Of a stretch of 18,845 nucleotides of DNA, positions 9,408 to 18,845 are shown in pieces. The translations under genes and the position numbers were made by a program. A model generated the notes under the pieces. That model saw only the letters and a program-made list of their open reading frames with translations, did not search any database and was not told the DNA's origin. The first letter of the stretch is position 1. The number at the start of each line of letters is the position of its first letter. The DNA comes from a virus (taxonomy: Duplodnaviria > Heunggongvirae > Uroviricota > Caudoviricetes), in IMG/VR virus record IMGVR_UViG_2698536312_000002. One strand, written 5' to 3'.

Positions 9408-9982
9408 CGCTTTATTACCATTCTCAGTTGATGCTGCAGCGCATAGCCCAGCTCTTTCGGAAGACGTTCACGCCGTATCCGTTCAATATTCTGTTTAAAC
9501 GCCGTGGTCAGCGGCACCGCCATCGGGATTTTCACCACATCAATGGGGTAACGGTTTTTCCCGGCCACACGCTGCATAACATGCCACCGGCCGTTTTTCA
9601 GTTGCTGAATAAACGCGCCGGGAATACGACGGTTACCCACCACAAGCACGCTGCCGCCACCTTTCAGGGATGAACGCTGCCCCTTTTTATGACGCCTGCG
9701 GCGGGACAGGACAACCCGCGCATTACCCAGCTTGATTACGGGCAAATCCCCCCGGTTAACTTTGATTCTGGCCTGCGGATTTTTGACCGTGGCCCTTTTC
9801 AGCCTGGCCCTTTCCTTTACCAGTTTCCGGCGTACCTTTGTCTCACGGGCAACCTGTGACGCAGACTGCGATATCGCGGATGAAGCAACGCGGTTAATGG
9901 CCATTGCGGCGGCACCGGGCACCGCCGTTTTGCTGATACGGCTGAGGTTTTCAACGGCCTGCTCAAGACCTTTTATGGCCAT
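9404..9982 (-). CDS. Z: Tail completion protein Z (lambda gpZ homologue)
   Basis: 192 aa, the lambda Z length; basic C-terminal half. Confidence 0.9.
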   Translation of the reverse strand: MAIKGLEQAVENLSRISKTAVPGAAAMAINRVASSAISQSASQVARETKVRRKLVKERARLKRATVKNPQARIKVNRGDLPVIKLGNARVVLSRRRRHKKGQRSSLKGGGSVLVVGNRRIPGAFIQQLKNGRWHVMQRVAGKNRYPIDVVKIPMAVPLTTAFKQNIERIRRERLPKELGYALQHQLRMVIKR

Positions 9983-9993
9983 ACATCCCCCTT

Positions 9994-10347
9994 TCAGCGG
10001 CGACGGTTAACGGCAGGCGGTACGCCCCGTCCAAGCCAGAGATGACAACTTCCGCCATCATCCGGCGAAACCCGATCTACCCAGAAATTTTCCTCACCGA
10101 TGGTCAGCGTGTCTCCACGCCGCAGCTGCCGCACCTCATCAGTCCGGACAAACAGGGACGGGCTGGAGCCTTCAACGCGCACGCCCTGTCCGGCATAGCT
10201 GATATTTTCAGGGTCATCAAAAACACCACGTATCACCGCACCTGACTGCTCACCGGATGTCATGGTGGCTGACGTTCCCATGTACCCGCGTATCGTTTCA
10301 TCGGCGCGGGCAATGGCAGCATCGAACAGGTTATCGAAATCAGCCAC
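9994..10347 (-). CDS. FII: Head-tail joining protein FII (lambda gpFII homologue)
   Basis: 117 aa, the lambda FII length. Confidence 0.9.
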   Translation of the reverse strand: MADFDNLFDAAIARADETIRGYMGTSATMTSGEQSGAVIRGVFDDPENISYAGQGVRVEGSSPSLFVRTDEVRQLRRGDTLTIGEENFWVDRVSPDDGGSCHLWLGRGVPPAVNRRR

Positions 10348-10358
10348 AGCGCCTCCCG

Positions 10359-10757
10359 TTATTGCATTCTGGCCAGGCCGCGCTCTGTCATTTCGGCTGC
10401 CACACCGGCAGAGACACGAAACGCCGTTCCCGGCAGCACAAATGCCACAGGTTTATCCCGCGTGGCGTGAAGTGCATCAGTATGCAGCGTCACCAGTGCC
10501 ACGACCGTGACCAGTTCAGCCGTATCCTGAATCACGGTATCCGGCTGCGCTGATACCACCTCATTTTCATGCCCGGTCAGCACATTTTCCCGGCTGAGAG
10601 GGGTGTCCTGACCGGCAGTTTCATCCGTGTCATCAAGCTCTTCTTCCAGCTCTGCCACACGAAGCGCCAGTTCTTCTTTCGTTCCCGTCAAACTGACATC
10701 GCGGTTCAATTGCTCACCCAGCTCCTGAAGACGGGCAATCAGTTCATCTTTCGTCAT
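10359..10757 (-). CDS. FI: DNA packaging / head assembly protein FI (lambda gpFI homologue)
   Basis: Start at the MTKDEL methionine (ATG 10755-10757), with a GGAGGA Shine-Dalgarno 5-6 nt upstream; 132 aa, the lambda FI length. The longer track ORF starts inside the upstream hairpin. Confidence 0.85.
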   Translation of the reverse strand: MTKDELIARLQELGEQLNRDVSLTGTKEELALRVAELEEELDDTDETAGQDTPLSRENVLTGHENEVVSAQPDTVIQDTAELVTVVALVTLHTDALHATRDKPVAFVLPGTAFRVSAGVAAEMTERGLARMQ

Positions 10758-10768
10758 GAACTCCTCCA

Positions 10769-10796
10769 CAGAGAGAAAATGGCCCCGAAGGGCCAT
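10769..10796 (-). terminator. Stable hairpin with a UUCG tetraloop followed by a U-rich tract, directly after the E stop codon
   Basis: Minus-strand RNA reads AUGGCCC-UUCG-GGGCCAU then UUUUCUCUCU, then the FI Shine-Dalgarno; 7-bp stem closed C(UUCG)G. Confidence 0.4.
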
Positions 10797-10798
10797 GA

Positions 10799-11824
10799 TT
10801 ACGCCAGTTGAACGGACACGAACTCATCAGGATCAGCCAGCAGCATCAGCGGTGCTGACTGAATCATGGTGAACTCACGCGCCGGATCGCCGGTGGTCAC
10901 CCAGTTTTTCGGGTAACGGGCAGAGGCGTTAATGCCTTCGCGCTGTGCGTCCGCATCCTGAATGCAGCCATAGGTGCGCAGACCGCGAGCCTGAGTGTTC
11001 CCCAGCACCATCGTGTTGTCCGGCAGGAAGTTCTTTTTGACGCCGTTTTCCACGTACTGTCCGGAATACACGACGATGGCCACATCGCCATACATTCCCT
11101 TATAGGACACCGCTTTGCCCAGGTCTTTTACCGCTGTCTCCAGCTCGGAATGAGAGCCGCGACGGGTATCCAGCTTCTCCTTGACGGCTTTGAAGGAACG
11201 GAACAGCGCCCAGCCTTTCGGGTCAAACACGATGATATTCACCACACCGCTGGCGTTCAGCGCGTAGGCTTCGATATCGTCGGTCGGGTCATACGTGGAC
11301 TTGTCACGCTTGCTCCACTCCGTGACGCCGGACTGTGTGATGTTGTTCGCCGCACTGCGGCCCATATCCACCTCAACCGGATCGAAGGCTTCACCGGTCA
11401 TGGTGTATTTGCCCTTGAGCACGGCAGAAACTGCCTGCATCTCTTCGACCTGAGCAATGGCCAGCTCTTCGTCACGCATGTTCTGCATGATGATGCGACG
11501 GCGGCGGTAAGCCGGGTCCGCCAGATTCTGCGGATCTTCATCCGGCAGGCGACGCAGGGTCATCTGCGGATTCACCTCATGCTTGGGTTTGACATATCCC
11601 GGCGTAAATTCAGAGGTGGAGCCGCCACGGGAACGGATAACCTCACCGGAAACAATCGGCGAAACGTACAGCGCCATGTTTACCAGTCCCGGAATTTGTG
11701 AGAGATAGACTTTCTCCGTAGTGAAGGGATAGCTCTCACGGAAAAAGAGACGCAGAAACAGCGGATCAAACTTAAATTTCTGCTCATTTGCCGCCAGCAG
11801 CTGGGCGGTTGTGTACATCGACAT
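10799..11824 (-). CDS. E: Major capsid protein E (lambda gpE homologue)
   Basis: Start at the MSMYTT methionine (ATG 11822-11824); 341 aa, the lambda E length. The upstream extension in the track runs through the D-E hairpin. Confidence 0.9.
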   Translation of the reverse strand: MSMYTTAQLLAANEQKFKFDPLFLRLFFRESYPFTTEKVYLSQIPGLVNMALYVSPIVSGEVIRSRGGSTSEFTPGYVKPKHEVNPQMTLRRLPDEDPQNLADPAYRRRRIIMQNMRDEELAIAQVEEMQAVSAVLKGKYTMTGEAFDPVEVDMGRSAANNITQSGVTEWSKRDKSTYDPTDDIEAYALNASGVVNIIVFDPKGWALFRSFKAVKEKLDTRRGSHSELETAVKDLGKAVSYKGMYGDVAIVVYSGQYVENGVKKNFLPDNTMVLGNTQARGLRTYGCIQDADAQREGINASARYPKNWVTTGDPAREFTMIQSAPLMLLADPDEFVSVQLA

Positions 11825-11837
11825 AAAAAAATCCCGT

Positions 11838-11858
11838 AAAAAAAGCCGCACAGGCGGC
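11838..11858 (-). terminator. Intrinsic-terminator-like hairpin with a U7 tract in the D-E intergenic region
   Basis: Minus-strand RNA reads GCCGC-CUGU-GCGGC then UUUUUUU, inside the 55-nt gap between D and E. Confidence 0.45.
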
Positions 11859-11879
11859 CTTTAGTGATGAAGGGTAAAG

Positions 11880-12212
11880 TTAAACGATGCTGATTGCCGT
11901 TCCGGCAAACGCGGTCCGTTTTTTCGTCTCGTCGCTGGCAGCCTCCGGCCAGAGCACATCCTCATAACGGAACGTGCCGGACTTGTAGAACGTCAGTGTG
12001 GTGCTGGTCTGGTCAGCAGCAACCGCAAGAATGCCAACGGCAGCACCGTCGGTGGTGCCATCCCACGCAACCAGCTTACGGGTGGAGGTGTCCAGCATCA
12101 GCGGGGTCATTGCAGGCGCTTTCGCACTCAATCCGCCGGGCGCGGTTGCGGTATGAGCCGGGTCACTATTGCCCAGCGGCTGGTAATGGGTAAAGGTTTC
12201 TTTGCTCGTCAT
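11880..12212 (-). CDS. D: Capsid decoration protein D (lambda gpD homologue)
   Basis: Start at the MTSKETF methionine (ATG 12210-12212), 9 nt downstream of AAGGG; 110 aa, the lambda D length. Confidence 0.9.
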   Translation of the reverse strand: MTSKETFTHYQPLGNSDPAHTATAPGGLSAKAPAMTPLMLDTSTRKLVAWDGTTDGAAVGILAVAADQTSTTLTFYKSGTFRYEDVLWPEAASDETKKRTAFAGTAISIV

Positions 12213-12221
12213 AAACATCCC

Positions 12222-12827
12222 TTACACTGGTGTGTTCAGCAAATCGTTAACGGCATCAGATGCCGGGTTACCTGCAGCCAGCGGTGCCGGTGCCCCCTGC
12301 ATCAGACGATCCAGCGCAGTGTCACTGCGCGTCTGTGCACTCTGTGGTGCTGCGGCCAGAATACGGCGGGCCGTTTCCACGGTCATACCGGGGGTTTCGG
12401 CCAGCACGCGTGCCTGTTCTTCGCGTCCGTGAGCCTCCTCACAGTTGAGGATCCCCATAATGCGACTGTTTTCTGCCGCAACCGCTGCGGTGATCTGCGC
12501 GTTCACGTCCGGCTGCGCCGCGCTGGCGTTCTCGCCCTCCGTCGCTTGCACCACGCCAGTAACGTCAGCCTGCGAAGCAGTGGCTGAAACAGTTGTTGAT
12601 TGAGTCTCTTTGGTCATTCGCCCTCCTGAGAGACGGGATTTACGTGCATCCAGTGCATCACGCATGACGGTGATCGCATCGGTACTGTTAACAAGTTCAT
12701 CAGCCAGTCCGGCATCAATGGCCTCCTGACCGCTGTACACTGCAGCCTCGGTATCCAGCACAGCCTGCACGGACAGGCCGGTATATGCCGACACCTTCTG
12801 TGCAAACATCCGGCGGGTTGCATCCAT
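12222..12827 (-). CDS. Nu3: Scaffolding protein Nu3, internal in-frame start within the 3-prime part of C
   Basis: Methionine MDATRRMF lies 201 codons before the C stop, the lambda Nu3 arrangement; this part of the frame is intact. Confidence 0.65.
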   Translation of the reverse strand: MDATRRMFAQKVSAYTGLSVQAVLDTEAAVYSGQEAIDAGLADELVNSTDAITVMRDALDARKSRLSGGRMTKETQSTTVSATASQADVTGVVQATEGENASAAQPDVNAQITAAVAAENSRIMGILNCEEAHGREEQARVLAETPGMTVETARRILAAAPQSAQTRSDTALDRLMQGAPAPLAAGNPASDAVNDLLNTPV

Positions 12828-13502
12828 CCGGGACTGCAATGTTTCCCGGACATCATCCGGTAGATGGCTGTAGGGGTTGCCATCCACCTTATGGCTGCCG
12901 CTGTAAATCAGCGTGATTTCCACGCCCTGTTTCTCCAGTGCAGCGCCGTAATTACTGTGAGCCATCATGACGCCGATGGAGCCTGTCCGGGCGGTCTGCG
13001 TGACCAGACGCCGGGAGGCGGCACTGGCAAGCAGCTGACCTGCGCTGCAGTTCATGTCATTGGCCAGCGCCCATACCGGCTTTATGTCACGCACACGGGC
13101 GATGATGTCAGCGCAGTCAAATGCTCCCGCCACCATTCCGCCCGGTGTGTCCATATCGAGCAGAATGCCGTCCACCATCGGGTCGCTGGCAGCCTGTTGC
13201 AGACGGGCGATAATGCCGTTGTAACCGGTCATCCCCGAGTACGGCTGACCAGCGTGCCGGACACCGGCAGCACGGCGATGCCGTTCATTACCTGATAACT
13301 GCGGGCCTGTCGTGGTCCGTCATCATCACCGGATAACGCCAGCGCCGCGGGTGCCTCTCCGGCAGTCAGGCTGTCGCCGGATACTGCATCCGTCAGGCAG
13401 CTGATCCCAAGCTGGCCTGCAAGCGCACAAAAGAAAACCCGCGCATAGGCGGGTTCAAGCATCAGCGGCTCATTAAAAGCCATGCTGGCAATATGCGGGA
13501 GA

Positions 13503-13522
<20 letters not shown>
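12222..13522 (-). pseudogene. C: Head maturation protease / scaffold C (lambda gpC homologue), with a frame break near 13232-13250
   Basis: N-terminal part (GTG 13520-13522, AGGAGG upstream, overlapping the B 3-prime end) reads VTAELRNLPHIASMAF...VSGTLVSRTR then stops at 13229. The C-like translation resumes in another frame at QPYSGMTGYNGIIARL. Relative to recalled lambda C, about 6 codons plus 1 nt appear missing at the junction, consistent with a roughly 19-bp deletion between short direct repeats (agccgtac). Confidence 0.8.
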
Positions 13523-17203
<3,681 letters not shown>

Positions 17204-17229
<26 letters not shown>

Positions 17230-17749
17230 TCAGCAACCCCGGTATCAGTTCATCCAGCGCGGCTGCTTTGTTCATGGCTTTGATGATATCCCGTTTCAGG
17301 AAATCAACATGTCGGTTTTCCAGTTCCGGAAAACGCCGCTGCACCGACAGGGGGATCCCGTCGAGAATACTGGCAATTTCACCTGCGATCCGCGACAGCA
17401 CGAAAGTACAGAATGCGGTTTCCACCACTTCAGCGGAGTCTCTGGCATTTTTCAGCTCCTGTGCGTCGGCCTGCGCACGCGTAAGTCGATGGCGTTCGTA
17501 CTCAATAGTCCCTGGCTGGAGATCTGTCTCGCTGGCCTGCCGCAGTTCTTCAACTTCCCGGCGCAGCTTTTCGTTCTCAATTTCAGCATCCCTTTCGGCA
17601 TACCATCTTATAACGGCGGCAGAGTCATAAAGCACCTCATTACCCTTGCCACCGCCTCGCAGAACGGGCATTCCCTGTTCCTGCCAGTTCTGAATGGTAC
17701 GGATACTCGCACCGAAAATGTCAGCCAGCTGCTTTTTGTTGACTTCCAT
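17204..17749 (-). CDS. Nu1: Terminase small subunit Nu1 (lambda gpNu1 homologue)
   Basis: 181 aa, the lambda Nu1 length; N-terminal MEVNKKQLADIFG DNA-binding region; lies immediately next to cosB. Confidence 0.9.
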
Positions 17750-17926
17750 TGTTCATTCCACGGACAAAAACAGAGAAAGGAAACGACAGAGGCCAAAAAG
17801 CCCGTTTTCAGCACCTGTCGTTTCCTTTCTTTTCAGGGGGTGTTTTAAATAAAAACATTAGGTTACGGCGAAGAAGAACGGAAACGCCTTAAACCGGAAA
17901 ATTGTCATAAATAGCGAAAACCCGCG
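17750..17926. promoter_or_regulatory. cosB terminase-binding region with inverted R elements
   Basis: agaaaggaaacgacag (17773-17788) and its inverted copy ctgtcgtttcctttct (17814-17829) flank a spacer; a third related element lies next to the Nu1 start. The sequence is near-identical to the recalled lambda left end. Confidence 0.7.
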
Positions 17927-17938
17927 CGCCTTCCGCCC
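17927..17938. other. cosN position carrying a variant 12-mer (minus-strand GGGCGGAAGGCG instead of lambda GGGCGGCGACCT)
   Basis: Flanks match lambda on both sides (cccgcg on the cosB side, cgtaacctgtcgg on the right-end side), but 6 of the 12 cohesive-end positions differ. Confidence 0.5.
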
Positions 17939-18046
17939 CGTAACCTGTCGGATCGCCGGAAAGGACCCGCAAAATGATAATAATTATCATCTACATGTCA
18001 CAACGTGCATCTACGCCATCAAACCACGTCAAATAATCAATTATGA

Positions 18047-18133
18047 NNNNNNNNNNNNNNNNNNNNNNNNNNNNNNNNNNNNNNNNNNNNNNNNNNNNNN
18101 NNNNNNNNNNNNNNNNNNNNNNNNNNNNNNNNN
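18047..18133. other. Assembly gap of 87 N, flanked on both sides by an identical 53-bp sequence
   Basis: catgtcacaacgtgcatctacgccatcaaaccacgtcaaataatcaattatga occurs at 17994-18046 and again at 18134-18186, which looks like an unmerged contig overlap. Confidence 0.9.
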
Positions 18134-18277
18134 CATGTCACAACGTGCATCTACGCCATCAAACCACGTCAAATAATCAATTATGACGCAGGTATCGTAT
18201 TAATTGATCTGCATCAACTTAACGTAAAAACAACTTCAGACAATACAAATCAGCGACACTGAATACAGGGCAACCTC

Positions 18278-18306
18278 ATGTCAACGAAGAACAGAACCCG
18301 CAGAAC
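18278..18306 (+). pseudogene. Truncated 5-prime fragment (10 codons, MSTKNRTRRT) of the RHH-like small ORF, ending at an ambiguous base and a cosN 12-mer
   Basis: ATG at 18278-18280 followed by codons identical to the start of the complete ORF at 18527; the sequence breaks at n (18307). Confidence 0.5.
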
Positions 18307-18308
18307 NG

Positions 18309-18320
18309 AGGTCGCCGCCC
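18309..18320. other. Canonical lambda cosN cohesive-end 12-mer (minus-strand GGGCGGCGACCT) at the start of right-end copy 2
   Basis: aggtcgccgccc is followed directly by cgtaacc (the lambda right end) but preceded by the truncated ORF rather than cosB. Confidence 0.6.
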
Positions 18321-18526
18321 CGTAACCGGTCGGATCGCCGGAAAGGACTCACGAAATGATAATTATTATCATCTATATAAGGTTTATCACAACATGTGTG
18401 TACGCCATCAAACCACGAGAAATAATCAATTATGACGCAGGTATCGTATTAATTGATCTGCATCAAATTAACGTAAAAGCAACTTCAGATAATACAAATC
18501 AGCAACACTGAATATGGGGAAACATT
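18321..18526. repeat. Lambda right-end segment, copy 2: diverged from copy 1, leads into the complete RHH-like ORF
   Basis: Same block order as copy 1, with substitutions and a short insertion (atctatataaggtttatcacaacatgtgtg). Confidence 0.7.
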
Positions 18527-18712
18527 ATGTCATCAAAGAACAGAACCCGCAGAACAACAACCCGCAACATCCGATTTCCAAACCAGATGATTGAACAAAT
18601 TAACATCGCTCTTGATCTGAAAGGTTCAGGAAACTTTTCAGCGTGGGTTATTGAAGCCTGCAGAAGAAGGCTGTCAACAGAGAGTTCGGGTATGAATTAC
18701 ATAATTAAGTAA
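18527..18712 (+). CDS. Small ribbon-helix-helix-like protein (61 aa), homologue of the small ORF at the lambda right end
   Basis: ATG with GGGGA about 8 nt upstream. The pattern RNIRFPNQMIEQINIALDLKGSGNFSAWVIEACRRRL fits a beta-strand plus two helices as in Arc/CopG-type repressors. Function unknown. Confidence 0.65.
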   Translation: MSSKNRTRRTTTRNIRFPNQMIEQINIALDLKGSGNFSAWVIEACRRRLSTESSGMNYIIK

Positions 18713-18845
18713 CATGGTGTTCACAGAACACGCAGTTACCGGACACATCAGTTTTCCATTCGCTCCCTGGCAGTACAGGCTTCCCCTCTGACGGGATAGC
18801 CTGAAAAAATAACACAGAAAATTATTTGTTATAATTAATATAACT

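Larger units (their letters stand above)
17939..18306. repeat. Lambda right-end segment, copy 1: cos-adjacent, contains the N gap, ends 10 codons into the small RHH-like ORF
   Basis: Near-identical to the recalled reverse complement of the lambda right end (cgtaacctgtcggatc...gacactgaatacagggcaacctcatgtcaacgaagaacag). Confidence 0.7.

Noticed and set aside
18047-18133. N run as a possible biological low-complexity or repeat region
   Set aside because: Ns are unknown bases from scaffolding; the identical 53-bp flanks indicate an unmerged contig overlap rather than real sequence.

Overview
This window is almost entirely the late morphogenetic operon of a lambda-like (lambdoid) prophage, all on the minus strand and in canonical lambda order. 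Reading right to left: cos, Nu1, A, W, B, C/Nu3, D, E, FI, FII, Z, U, V, G/G-T, H, M, L, K, I, and the 5-prime two-thirds of J, which runs off the left edge. Gene identities rest on my recollection of lambda protein sequences and gene lengths, not on a database search. I did not find an obvious defence island, toxin module, CRISPR array or large cargo insertion. The most interesting unexplained stretch is the 343-bp I-J intergenic region (2157-2499), which carries a sigma70-like promoter and an intrinsic terminator on the plus strand, consistent with a roughly 95-nt small non-coding RNA. Three essential genes look disrupted: J has an in-frame TGA and a later frame break, and C has a frame break, so this may be a decaying prophage unless these are draft-assembly errors. 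The cos-proximal right end (17927-18530) is irregular: a variant cosN 12-mer, a diverged tandem second copy of the right-end segment beginning with a canonical cosN 12-mer, an 87-N gap flanked by identical 53-bp sequences, and a lone n at a junction.
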